Of a stretch of 64,000 bases of DNA, positions 11,477 through 24,781 are shown one piece after another. The notes beneath the pieces are model-generated. The model saw only the letters and a program-made list of their open reading frames with translations, had not been told where the DNA came from and ran no database searches. The position numbers were made by a program, and so were the translations under genes. The DNA comes from Malacoraja senta (lineage: Eukaryota), in NCBI GenBank assembly GCA_038087875.1, contig CM075989.1:20710001-20774000 (forward strand), written 5' to 3'. Numbering within the stretch: the stretch's first letter is position 1; every line of letters begins with the position of its first letter.

Positions 11477-13162
11477 ACAAAAATACTCCAAGTTCTACTT
11501 TGATACCATGGTACACACAATAATGCTGACAGGAAGAAGCACTTTCTATCCTTAACCAACAGCAACAACATCATCTAAGAGTTGAATGATAATCATAGGG
11601 TGACATGTTTTTCCACATTTGATACATTACAACACATACAAAACAGACTAAGAAATGTAGTAATTTCACATCAACCCGTTCCATGGGAACCACTCTACCA
11701 AGTGGCAGTTGGCAGACCCAGTGAAACTATTAAATGTCTGTTATGAATCACCGTCCTCTGAATAGAATTATGTTTTTGTAAAATCCGAACTGTTATTTAA
11801 AGTCCTTGCCAATTAAGATAACGGTCACTGCAAAACAAGGATGTGGGTTACACATGTCTCACCTCAATTAATATTATCAAAAGAACATACTGACAGTAAA
11901 ACAAATGTTAACGTTCTGACGCAATAACTTTTAAGTGGAATATCTAGAAAGTGGTGATATAGAAATACTATTGAACCAGGAGAGAACACTGGAGAAATGT
12001 GAACATGCACACAGCATCCAATTAACTCACAGAGGTAACATTCTGCTGAACAATAATAAGTGGAAGCACCTTGCGTAAAACCAAACGAGGGGAGAAAACT
12101 GTCCATTAACATCACTGAGAATACTTAAAAGTGAAACCAGTGACAAGCCAAAAGTCAACTTTGAAGAAGGAAGAAGTCTCATCTTGACGGACATCAGCAA
12201 AGCGGACAGATCTCGTCAATCTGCATGTATACCACTAGATTAATAAAGTAGCTGTGCCTTATTATAATTGATCCCCTCATCAGAATGACTACTGTGGTTA
12301 GGAAGCAGCTGGGGTAGTCCAGCACTAATCACTGCAGCTTCCACTGAACAGGGTACTGATTGGGGATGATCAGCCATGATCACATTGAATGGCTGGCTCA
12401 AAGGGCTGAATGGCCTACTCCTGCACCTATTGTCTATTGATCAGTCACCCAACCTGACATTTATTCAGAATAATGCCATTTTCTTTGTTAACCGATCTTC
12501 ACACCGTGCCACTCTACCACTCCAACCCTTTAATTACATTTTTGTTTGGCTCATTGTTAATAGTCCAAATTACAATTCAAACACAAAGTACTTGTGCTAT
12601 AACTCCAGGATGTGCTCGACTAAGAAAACCAAGCCCAAAGCATTATCTAACTATCCAACTGAATATGACAAAAATAACTCTGAATGCAAAAAACAGGTGC
12701 CTACATGTTAACTAGCAGTAAAAAAAACCCGATTCATATAGATGCAAGTATATCATTGGGGTTATCAAGTGGGCACCTCCCTTCATAGGTGTTTCGTTGA
12801 GTTAGGCCCACAAAACTTCAGGAAGGCTCAACAGTTGGTTCTGGTATCCCAGAACAACCCCCCCCTGAATACAAACGGGTTTGTCTACATCAAATTTGCT
12901 TACGTCAAAACAAAAACCTCAAGTATGATCTCCCTTTCATAAAGACGTGTTGACTCTGGCCAATTCTATTATTATGTCCTGCAACCACTTCCTTCATAAT
13001 TGTTTCAAGCATTTCCCCCGCAATTGATGTTAAACTAACGTCCAGTTCTTCAGATAGACGCAAATTGCTGGAGTAACTCAGCGGGTCAGGCAGCATCTCT
13101 GGAGAAAAAGGATGGGAGACATGACAATAAGGCAACGAGTCTGGGTTAAAACCTGGTCATGT

Positions 13163-14832
13163 ATAATAATAATAATAATAGATATATATATATATTTTTT
13201 TATATAGCGCTTTTCAGGACTCAAATTCGCTTTACATTGAGAGTCAGGAATAAACAAAACAAAATAGAGCAGTAAGACAGAGATGCAAAGGGGAGGGTAA
13301 CATGGGACTAAGGGTATGCAGAGGTGAAGAGATGGGTCTTGAGGCGGGACTGGAAGATGGTGAGGGACTCAGAATTTCGGACCAGTTGTGGGAGGGAATT
13401 CCAGAGCCTGGGAGCTGCCCTGGAGAAGGCTCTGCCTCCAAAAGTGCAGAGGTTTGATTTCGGAGTGGAGAGGAGACCAGCTGATGTGGATCTGAGGGAC
13501 CGTGAGGGTTGGTAGGGGGAGATGAGGTCAATGAGATAAGGGGGGGCCAAGTTGTTGAGGGCTTTGTAGGTGAGGACCAGGATTTTGTAGGTGATCCGGT
13601 GGGATATGGGAAGCCAGTGAAGTTCTTTGAGAACTGGGGTGATGTGGTGCCAGGATTTGGTGTGGGTAATGAGTCGAGCGGCTGCATTCTGGACCAGTTG
13701 GAGTCGGTTGATGCTGCTGGAATTGAATCCAAAGAGAAGAGAGTTACAGTAGTCCAGTCGGGAGGAGATGAAGGCATGGATGAGTCTTTCAGCAGCGGGG
13801 GGTGTGAGAGAGGATCTGATTTTGGCAATGTTGCGGAGGTGAAAAAATGATGTTTTGACAACATGGCGGATGTGAGGCTCAAGGGAGAGGGTTGAGTCAA
13901 AGTTCACGCCAAGGTTGCATGCCTGAGGAGATGGGGAGACAGTGGTGCCGTCAATAGTGAGAGTGGGGTTGTTAATTTTAATGAGTGTTGATCTAGAGCC
14001 AATGAGGCGAAATTCTGTTTTGCTACTGTTTAATTTAAGGAAGTTGAGTTGCATCCAAGATTTGATGGCTGATAGGCAGGAGTTGATATGGGAGAGAGGT
14101 GGGTGGTGGGGGGACTTGGTGCTGAGATAGATCTGGGTGTCATCAGCATAGCAGTGGAAGTCCAGGTTGAAGTGACGGAGTATATGACCAAGGGGGAGGA
14201 TGTAGATGATGAAGAGGAGGGGACCAAGAACGGAGCCTTGGGGAACGCCTTGAGTGACAGTGGCTGTGGCAGAGTTGTGGTTATGGAGAGAGATGAAGTG
14301 GGATCGGTTGGAAAGGTAGGAACGGAGCCAGCTGAGTGCAGAACCTTCAGTGCCAAGGTCCCTAAGTCTGGTGAGCAGGATGTTATGGTTGACGGTATCG
14401 AAGGCTGCACTCAGGTCGAGGAGGATGAGGATATTGAGGGAGCTAGTGTCAGCAGAGGTAAGGAGGTCATTGAGGACTTTGAGGAGAGCAGTTTCTGTGC
14501 TATGGAGGGGGCGAAAGCCAGATTGGAGGGGTTCGAATAGGTTATACGCGAGGAGGTGGGAATGAAGTTGTGACGCGACGATACGCTCCAGGGTTTTTGA
14601 AAGAAAGGGGAGGTTTGAGATAGGGTGGTAGTTAATGAGAGAGGAGGGATCAAGACCAGGTTTCTTTAAGATTGGTGTGACAGCAGCAGTTTTGAAAGCA
14701 GAGGGAACAATTCCTTGGGACAATGAGGAGTTGAAAAGATTAGTGAGGTAGGGGCAGAGAGCAGGGAGGCAGGACTTCAGCAGGGGAGTGGGGAGAGGGT
14801 CAAGGGAGCAGGTAGTGGGTTTGGAAGATAAT
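13163..14832 (-). mobile_element. L2-clade LINE, 5'-truncated, uninterrupted reverse-transcriptase ORF (ends at 13308)
   Basis: RT motifs LLDLSAAFDTV, GVPQGSVLGP and YADDTQIY; L2-type C-terminus HITPVLKELHWLP...SRLKTHLF; 3' tail TGTAAAGCG...GAAAAGCGCTATATA plus (ATT)n; flanking 7-bp duplication GTCATGT at 13156-13162 and 14833-14839. Confidence 0.93.
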
Positions 14833-15289
14833 GTCATGTGATAGAAACAAAATGAGGCCATTCGGCCTATCAAGTCTACTCCGCTATTCAATCGTGGCTG
14901 ATCTATCTCTCCCTCCTAACCCCATTCTCCTGCCGTCGTCCCCATAACCCCTGACACCCGTACTAATCAAGAATCTATCTATCTTTGCCTTAAGTCGTAG
15001 AGTTGGAGAGCAGGAGGAATCACAGAAAGAGAGAATGCTGCAGAACTCTCATCGGAGAGAGGAGAATAACTTTTTTACAGTAGGCATACCTTGTGGAGGT
15101 TTCGCAGTGGAGCAGACGAGTACACCAACATATTGTAAATGTGGCAGTGCGATTCTGGGACTTAAAATGTCCATACCTCCCATTTCCTGATTCACAATAA
15201 CCTTTGGTAATTGCAACCAATGAAGTTACCCTTGATTACCACAGGCTAAACAGAAACAAAAAACGACTGGAATTTGCCAACGACATAAA

Positions 15290-16520
15290 AATAGGTGGGA
15301 GGACACGTTGCAATCAGGATATTTGGACTCTGCAACAGGATATGGATAGGTTGAGTGTGTGAGAGAAAATGTGACAAATGGAGTTTATTATGGGAAAGTG
15401 TGTGATCATCCACCTCAGTTAAAGGATTCTATAGATAAGACACAAAAAGCTGGAGTAACTCAGTGGGTCAGGCAGCATCTCTGGAGAAAAGGAATAGGTG
15501 ACATTTCGGGTCGAGACCCTTCTTCAGGCTATCTATAGATGTAATCTCCAGATGGATTAGTATCTAATTGAATTGAATACATTTTATTAGCCAAGTATGT
15601 ATACATACAAGGAATTTGTCTTGGTGCTTTACTCGCATGGATAACAACACAATAAACAGAAGACAATTAAAAATAAAACATTATAATTTAAACATGTGAA
15701 GAATAAAATAAAAGATCAGAGCGAAAGGAGGCTACAGAATTTTGGCTATTGAATAGAGCTACTGTTCATGGAAAAAAGCTGTTTTTATGTCTGGCTGTGG
15801 CGGCTTTGACAGTCCAGAGTCGCCTTCCAGAGAGAAGTGCTTCAAAGAGTTTGTGGTCAGGGTGAGAGGGGTCAGAGATGATCTTACCTGCTCGTGTCCT
15901 GGCCCTTGTAGTGTACAGTTCGTCAATGGGGGGAAGGTTGCAGCCAACAAAAATTTGTGAAAGACTGCTGGTGAATGAAGTACAAAGGAACCCAAGTGCT
16001 ATAATATATGAATCTCAAACAAGTTAACAGGCAGGTGCAACAAGTGTATTGGAAAGTAAATGGCATGTTGGCTTTTATTGCAAAAGTTGCAGTTTAGAAA
16101 GTGGGAGGTATTGTTACACTTATACCTGGCGAGGCAATACTTCGAATGGCGAGCACAATTTTGGTTGCCATATTAAGGATGTACAGCAATGAAGGCAGTC
16201 CAAAAGAGATTCTCTAGGCTGATTACCCACATGAGAGGATTGGACTATCATGAACGGCTAAAAAATTATTTCTACATTCTTTGGATTTTTGCAATATGAA
16301 AGGTGAACTTATTGTGATGTACATGATCTGAAGGGGGCAAGACGGGTAGGGAGAGATGTTTTCAACAGTGGGCAAATGGTGGAACATAATTACAAGATAG
16401 GGGTTGGTCATTGAAAATTGAGGTGCACAGAAATGTTTTGAGACTGTGGTTAATCTAGTCAAGATTAGAAGACTTCTCTGTAACAGCTGTGAGGTGGTGG
16501 AATGCCGAAACGCAGAGATT
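15290..16520 (+). mobile_element. Degenerate CR1 RT fragment, interrupted by PLE and Rex pieces
   Basis: LQQDMDRL and GMLAFIAK-like remnants with frameshifts. Confidence 0.65.
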
Positions 16521-18309
16521 AGATAAGAACGTGAGCAAAGGGAGAGTGACTTTATCTTCCTACATAACAGAACAGCACAAATCTGACAATTGTGAATTCC
16601 TCAAGGGTGTTTACAACAAAATGTCCTGGAACAAAGCAAGTGGAAAACAATATTGGATTTAGCTAAGGCTCACAGGTGTGTGAATATCTAATAGAAATCA
16701 CACCTCCAGATTCAGGGACAGTTTCTTCCCAGATGTTATCAGGCAACTGAATCATCCTACCACAACCAGAGAGCAGTGCTGAACTACTATCTACCTTTTT
16801 GGTGGCCCTCGGACTATCCTTGATCGGACTTTGCTGGCTTTACCTCGCTTTTCCCTTATCATGTATCTATACACTGTAAATGGCTCGACTGTAATCATGT
16901 ATTGTCTTGCTGCTGACTGGATAGCACACAACAAAAGCTTTTCACTGTACCTCGGTACACGTGACAATAAACTAAACTGAACTGTAATTGAAAGCTGAAA
17001 CTGCAAAAACATAATAAACTATCCGATACAGGCACACATTGCTTTCTAATCTACTGGAGTCAAAGGCCAAAAATAATTGCAAGAGGTTTACGCTGTCAAA
17101 CCCAAAACCACGGAATAATGTTCTCATTTCCTGCATTTTAATTAAGGAAAGATTATTAGCTGCTTCGTGTTTGCTGTCAGTAAGAACAGAAACTAGGTCT
17201 AAATTCAGCTTTTTTGTTTTCATATATGATTACTTAATACCCTAGTGTGGTTAATGTGTGCTTTATTGGAGTGGTGCGCTGACATTAGATTATATATCAC
17301 TTCCTCTCCAAAAAATATAGGTATCATTAGGCCAGTGGTACAGAAGAATCAGTGTTGACCATTCTAATCAAACAGTGTTTGATTAGTAAGGGTGTCAGGG
17401 GTTATGGGGAATTGGCAGGAGAATGGGGTTAAGAGGGAAAGATTGAATGGCAGAGTGGACTTGATGGGCCGAATGGCCTAATTCTGCTCCTACCACTTAT
17501 GAAATGCAGCTATTTACCACACACACTAAGTTGCATGATAGAACACCAATCTATACTAAAGTATAGGTTTCAAGTACTTTACACTGACAACACTAAAATG
17601 GGTGGCACTGTAGAAATAGTTTTTAAAAACTTGTATTGACATGGCAACTTCTGAATCACTTTCAGATTATTACAGTGTTCCTACGCCCAGTAATTTACTT
17701 TCAAGTGCAGCCACTATCTGCAGGAAATTATAATCAAGTTGCACATTGCATGATTTCACAAACAGTGAATGGTCAAATGATCTGTATTTTCGCAAGACTT
17801 CATTTACTAAAAACTGAAATTAAAACAAAAAATACTGGAAATGCTCCAGGGAAACATGCTACATGTTCAATTGGTGTTATTTGAGTCAATGTGCCTGTGA
17901 TAATGCCGCAAACAAGATTTTCATTATAATTATATCTCTCCATACTAGTGCAGATGACAATAAACACGTCTTGACGTGACCTGTGGAGAAACAGAGTTCA
18001 TATTTCAGGTCAATCACCATGTGGTATCAAACCTTACAACTCCTCTCCCTTCTGTCGTGGGGTAGACTGAGACTGCCTCTCCTCCCCCCTGCCTCCTCAA
18101 TCTTTGCACATCCTCAAAGCCTTTCCACTCGTCACTTTAATTTCATCTTTCATGTATTTTGTGTTTTTTATGATTGTTGGCAATTTAATTTCCCTCCTGG
18201 GATAAATAAAGTTCTATCGTATCGCAATGTAGAGTCCTGCACAATTATTAACCAGCATGGAACTTGCCTGCTCTTCCAGAAATAGTTTAAGTCTTTTATG
18301 TTCATAGAG

Positions 18310-19085
18310 TCTTAGTTTATGGTGTCAGAACAACAACCTTGTTCTCAACTTCAGTAAAACCAAGGAACTGACTGTTGACCTTAGAACATGAAGGCTGGTG
18401 ATCCACAAATCTGTCTTCAATGATGGGACAGTGGTGGAGTCAACAACTTCAAGTTCCTGGGCGTGCATATCTCTGAAGATCTATCCTGGACCCAGCACGT
18501 TGATGTAATCATAAAGAGAGCCCATCAACTCCGCTACTTCTTTAGAAGTTTGAGAAGATTCAGTATGTCCATGAATACTCTCTTGAACTTCTACAGGAGT
18601 ATAGTAGAGAGAATATTGACTCATTGCTTCATCTCGAACGCCCAGGAATGAAGATTATAAAAAGTGGTGAACGCTGCCCAATCCATCACGTGTTCTGACC
18701 TCCCCACCGTCGAAGGGATCTACAGGAGGCACTGTGTCAAAAAGGCAGGCAGCATCAGGGACCCACACCACCCTGGCCACTCTCTCATTTCACTCCTGCC
18801 ATCGTGAAGAAGTTACAGGAGTCTGAAAACTGTAACGTCCAGGTTGAGGAGCAGCTTCTTCCCAACAACCATCAGCCTCTTGATCACCACAAAACTCAAT
18901 TGAACTACGAACTATCTTGGTTGCACTAGGGACATTGGACTTTGAGTTTGCTTGCACTTGGGGTTTTTTATTTGTTGAATTTTTTTTGTTTGTTTATGAT
19001 GTTATCTATTGAGTACTGTGTTTACAAAGCTGTTGTGCTGCTGCAAGTGAGAATATTATTGTTCCGCTTCCGTGCATATGACAAA
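18310..19085 (+). mobile_element. Rex1/Babar LINE 3' fragment
   Basis: WCQNNNLVLNFSKTKEL...FKFLGVHISEDLSWTQH...AHQLRYFFRSLRRF...LLNFYRSIVERILT. Confidence 0.85.
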
Positions 19086-20099
19086 GGATAGAGCCGCATA
19101 TTGTTCCCAAACTGATTACCTTGCAATACAAATTTGCGTAACCATGGTAGATTTGACACCAAGTTAACTAGTTCCTAAAAGAAACATTCACAATCAGTAT
19201 TATCAAAACGAAACATTACCCAAACAAAAGTGCAAGTCACAAATCTACAACCACATAGTTACAAATTGGAACAATATGACAGTTACAACTTTGAACATAC
19301 TGATGTTTTATTCACCAAAATCTTTTGTATACAACACCAATAAAGAAGAGAACCAAAATGTTGGAATAACTCAGCGGGACAGGCAGCATCTCGCGATAGA
19401 AGGAACGGGTGACGTTTCAGGTCGAGACACTTCTTCAGACTCTCAGTCATTCCTTCATCCATACCTCCTATCCAGAGATGTTGTCTGTCCCGCTGAGTTA
19501 CTCCAGCATTTTGTGTTTATTTTCGGTGTAAACCAGCATCTGCAGTTTCTTCTTACACCAATAAAGAAGCACCTCTTCCAGGAGTCAATTGTAAAACGGT
19601 ATTCAGAGAAGTGTTAGTGCAATAAATCCTACATGAATTTAAATTAAATCAAACAAATCTTCTGAAATTTACTGACTAGATACGTGCTCTGACACGTTTT
19701 TAATGTACTATTTGATACGTTTTGTGCAACAACGAACACTTGTGAATACTAGTATAGAAGGAGAGGCCGCCCCACTGAATTGAACACTCCACATCCATGC
19801 AACCACATTCAAATTCTGGCATACACTGATCTTTGTAATAAGTGCAGCAATGAAGGGGAAATTGCAGAAGCCAGTTTCAGTTCTGTGGACAAATGGGACT
19901 TTGTTTTCAAACTAGCCAAATTAATTAGAATTAACTACCTGATATTCTGTGTCTAGTTATTGTTTCAAGTTACAGTACGACTTAAAATACAAAGCTGCAC
20001 ATCCCCATTTTATCTATTACAAATTCAACTGTTAAAAGCAGATGTCAGAAAGGAAATTGTGATTCTATGGAATTCAGAAGTGAAATCTCGTCCCAAAGT

Positions 20100-21560
20100 T
20101 GGCAAGGTCCCACATGGTAGGCTGGAAGGTTAGGACAAATGGGATCCAGGGTGATCTAGCCAATTGGATACAGATTGACTTGGAGATAGCAGGTAGTGGA
20201 GGGTGGTTTTTCAGATTGGAGGCCGGTGACCAGTGGATTGTCACAGGGATCGGTGCTGGGTACCCTGCTTGTTATATATTGATTTGAATGCAAAAGTAGG
20301 TGGCGTCATTGGTAAGTTTGCAGGTGGCACCAAAATTGGTGGTATAGCGGACAGTAGACACAAAAAGCTGGAGTAACTCAGCGGAACAGGCAGCATCTCT
20401 GGAGAGAAAGAATGGTTAAAGTTTTGAGTCGCGACCCTTCTTCAGACTGGACAGTAAAGTAGGTTACTCAAGGTTTCATAGCAGGATATTGATCAACTGG
20501 GAAAATGGGCAAAGGAATGGCAAGTTAAATTTAACTTGGACAAATATGAAGTAATGCATCTTGAGAAGTTAAACCAAGTAAGGACAAACACAGTGAATGG
20601 AAGAGCTCTGGGGAGTATTGTTGAAAAGAGAATCCTGGGTGGGACATGTACATAGTTTCCTGAAAGTGGCCACATAGGTAGAGAGGGAGGTAAAGAGAGC
20701 ACAAGGCATGCATGATTTTGGCAGACATGGCATTGTGTACAGGAGTTTGAACGTCATGTTATAGTTGTACCAAGCATTGGTTAGACTGCAAATGGAATGC
20801 TGTAGGTAGACAAAATTGCTGGAGAAACCCAGCGGGTGCGGCAGCATCTATGAAGCGAAGGAAATAGGCAACGTTTCGGGCCGAAACGTTGGCTATTTCC
20901 TTCGCTCCATAGATGCTGCCGCACCCGCTGAGTTTCTCCAGCAATTTTGTCTACCTTCGATTTTCCAGCATCTGCAGTTCCTTCTTGAACAAAATGGAAT
21001 GCTGTGTCCAGTCTTGGTCCCCATGCTATTAAAAGTAGTATGTGATTAAGCTAGAGAGGGTGTAGGAAGCATTTACCAGGATGTTGACTAAACTGGAGGA
21101 ATTAGAAGGAGAGATTGAATCAGATGGGACTGTGTTCCCTGCACCGAAAGAGGGTGAGGGTTAACTTTCAAGTTTCTAAAATTATGTGGGGATTAGATGG
21201 CGTAGATGGTCATAGTCTTTTCTCCTAAGGTAGGACAGTCGAAAGTAGGGAATAGGTGGGGTCTGAAGAAGGGTCTCAACCCAAAATGTTTTAAGGTGAG
21301 TGAGATACAATTTAAAGGGGATCTGAGGGACATTTCTTTCCCCCTCACATAAGAGTGGTAAGTATATAGAACAAGCTGCCTGAGTGCATGGTAGAGGCAG
21401 GTACATTTACAATGTTTAAAAAATCACTTGGACGGATATGTAGATAGGAAAGGTTAAGAGGAATATGAACCAAATGAAGGAAAAAAGGATAGGCTTAGAC
21501 AGACATCCTGTTCAACATGGACGTTGAGCCAAAGGCTCTGTTTCCATGCTGTATGAATTG
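20100..21560 (+). mobile_element. Degenerate CR1 RT fragment with nested PLE-derived inserts
   Basis: GIQGDLANWIQ, SKFAGGTKIGGIADS-like and WQVKFN remnants. Confidence 0.75.
20804..20991 (+). mobile_element. Short fold-back hairpin element (same family)
   Basis: Palindrome 20804-20956 centred on 20880; 14-bp TSD AAATGGAATGCTGT; inserted into a CR1 relic. Confidence 0.85.
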
Positions 21561-22199
21561 ATGAGATCTCCAGGGCAGGTACAGTTTATGAATGCCAGAC
21601 AATATTCTTTCCTGTTAGCTTTTTAGAGTGATTTTTCTGGGAGGGAAGAAAATGGTCACTCAATCCAACTCTGTCCAGGCAAATCTACATGGATTTATAT
21701 CCAGATTTTGTATTAGAATTCATTTAACGGACCACAGATTCTTGAGATAAACTCTTGTTAATGTACACACTTCAATTTGGTAAAACACAAATATACTGCA
21801 GGGTTTGACAAACTTCACTGAAATTGTACTCATTCATACTTAGTCAATTGTTGTTGACATTCAATACAATTTTTCATGATTAAACTGAAGGAATCTGCTG
21901 AGATAGAATGCACTCAGCTACACCATGAACAAGATTCATGCACGTATTCTACAAATGACAATTATACCAGGAGCATAAAGATAAAGACATATCATTACTT
22001 GGGTTATTCGAAATTGGTTGGTGCAGTGCTGGAGAATGCCCAAACACTGTTTGAATAGAAAATTATTTATCATTTACACTATTCCCTTGTCATGTATCTG
22101 TACACCGTGGAGAGCTTGATTATAATCAAGTGTCTTTACGCTTACTGGTTAGCACGCAACAAAAGCTTTTCACTGTACCTCGATACATGTGACAATAAA

Positions 22200-22522
22200 C
22201 TGATTGATAAAATACATCTCTTGATGCTCCTGAACACATCATCAGTGATGTAACCTGGGGTCATTGGGTGTTTCGAGTCTTTCAACATCAGACACCCTCA
22301 CCCAGGCGACCCAGCCGTGGTTGATCAGACCACGATTTGTGTTCAGGTGGCATTCGCTCCTCCCCATGGACCTTTTCTCCTGATCCAGAGCCATCTCGAG
22401 GCTTTCTCCGCTGCCTCTGTGGTGTTCTTGATGGCTCTTCTCCTCTCCATTCTGTTGATGCCCAGTGCGCTCAAGGCTTTGTAAAGCGATTGCCCTGCAA
22501 AACCTCTGCAGCCAACCTCGAC
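22200..22522 (-). mobile_element. 3' end of a HERO (R2-like, restriction-like endonuclease) non-LTR retrotransposon
   Basis: Manual translation of 22522-22343: VEVGCRGFAGQSLYKALSALGINRMERRRAIKNTTEAAEKASRWLWIRRKGPWGGANAT*. VEVGCRGF and AAEKASRWLW match my recollection of the HERO C-terminus; followed by a structured 3'UTR. Confidence 0.8.
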
Positions 22523-23447
22523 TAACTAAACTAATCTGTTTTGGAATTTGTATATCTGGATAATCATAGTGTTACAGTACAGAAAACAGACCACTCGGCC
22601 CACCAGGTTTTCGCTAACCATCAGGCACCTGTTACCATTAATCCCATTCTTTTATTCCTTACTTTCTCATCAAAATATTAGTGCTGTGTAACAAATCTAT
22701 ACAAGCATGAGATTGAAATATTGTGGCTTGCTTCTAGACCAGCACTGAAAGCTGAGACGCATTTCTAAGATACCAAGTTTACGTATGCCCGTGACTGGGA
22801 TCAACAACCTTTTGAAGCAACCCACACAACTATCGTTCCCAGCTCTGGCTCTTGTGGTAACATTCTTTCTCAAGACAGACACCATTGTCGGGGCAGCCAT
22901 CTTTCAGATGAGAAATAACTTCCCAATAGGAATAAAAGATTTCATTAATACTTTTCCCAGTGTCTTAGCAATTTTTTAAAAACCAACCAAACCTGCCTTA
23001 CAGTGCCAGGGACCCGGGTTCAATCTCGACCATGACTGCTGTCTGTGTGGAGTTTGTATGTTCTCCCTGTGACCCCATGAGTTTTCTCCGGGTGCTCCGG
23101 TTTCCTCCCATACATCTGTGGAGAACAGAGGAAGGGGCCCCGATCCGAAACAACACCTACCCATGTTCTCCAAAGATACTCAAGCATTCTGTTTTTTTGC
23201 TTATGTATAGCTCGATTTTATTTATGTATTGAAGCTTGATTATGCATATCTTGATGGTTTTTATCTTGCATGTGTTCTCCGCAGGATTCCATCGTTTGGA
23301 GTTCCTTGTGCCTACCTTCAGAACAGGTTTAGGTTTATTATTGCACAGTGAAAAGTTTTATGTTGAATGCTATCCAAAAGATCAGATACGTGTGAATACA
23401 ATCAAGTCAAACTCAAATGCAATAGATAGATCAAAGGGGAAGATACA

Positions 23448-24056
23448 ATGGACAATAGGTGCAGGAGTAGGCCATTCGGCCCTTCGAGCCAGCACCGCCA
23501 TTCAATCTGATCATGGCTGATCATCCCCAATCAGTACCCCGTTCCTGCCTTCTCCCCATATCCCCTGACTCTGCTATTTTTTAAGAGCCCTATCTATCTC
23601 TCTCTTGAAAGCATCCAGAGAACCTGCCTCCACCTTCTGAGGCAGAGAATTCCACAGACTCACACCTCTGTGAGAAAAAGTGTTTCCTCGTCTCCGTTCC
23701 AAATGGCTTACTCCTTATTCTTAAACTGTGGCCCCTGGTTCTGGACTCCCCCAACAACGGGACCATGTTTCCTGCTTCTAGCGTGTCCAAACCCTTAACA
23801 ACCTTACATGTTTCAATGAGATCCCCTCTCATCCTTCTAAACTCGAGTGTACAAGCCCAGCTGCTCCATTCTCTCAGCATATGATAGTCCTGCCATCCCA
23901 GGAATTAACCATGTAAACCTACTCCCTCAATAGCAAGAATGTCCTTCCTCAAATTAGGGGACCAAAACTGCACACAATACTCCAGGTGTGGTCTCACAAG
24001 GGCTCTGTACAACTGCAGAAGGACCTCTTTGCACCTATATTCGATTCCTCTTGTTA
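23448..24056 (-). mobile_element. CR1 3' fragment
   Basis: LEFRRMRGDLIET...GESRTRGHSLRIR...FFSQR. Confidence 0.88.
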
Positions 24057-24781
24057 TACAGAGTGCAGAATAAAGTTCTCAGTGTTGTAGCGCACCAATT
24101 CCAGAGATAAAGTCCAGAGATAAATGGGGTAGAGGTGAATCGGACCGTACCATCGGATAAGTCTGGTGTTGTGCGCTTTCAAGCTTCTGTATCTTCTGTC
24201 GAACGGGGTCGGGGTGCATAATCAATGTATTGATGGACTGTATTTCTGTATAGTAGCTTGATTATCAATGTATAACTGGGTTGCGACTTGATCGTGTACT
24301 CTGATTGTATTTTTGTATAGTAGCTTGTTTATGTACAGACTGATTGTATTCCAGTATAGTATTGCTGTATAGTCGCTTGTTTATGTAGATTGTATTGCTG
24401 CATAGCATTGCTGTATTGTATTGCAGTATAGCAGCTTATGCACAGATTGATTGTATTTCTGTATACTATTGCTGTATTGTATTTTTGTATAGTAGCTTGT
24501 TTATGTACAGATTGATTGTATTTAATGCTTAGTATTATCTGACTTGAGTGCAGAGCATGCACTAACAAATATTTTCACTGTATGTCTAAGCACATTGCAA
24601 TAATAAAACTAATACTGTATTGTATTGTATTGTGCAGGAAGGAACTGCAGATGCTGGTTTAAAACAAAATGATAGACACAAAAAGCTGGAGTAACTCAGC
24701 AGGACAGTTATGTACAGATTGATGTATTTTATGTGTAGCATTATCTGACTCGATTTCATAGTAAGCAGAATCAATGGTTTT

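Noticed and set aside
17364..17386. Perfect small palindrome CTAATCAAACA-G-TGTTTGATTAG
   Set aside because: Sits at the 5' junction of a CR1 fragment; most likely an integration by-product.
24225..24530. Degenerate tandem repeats GATTGTATTT..GTATAGTAGCTTG
   Set aside because: Local expansion within a LINE 3'UTR-type repeat; no further structure seen.
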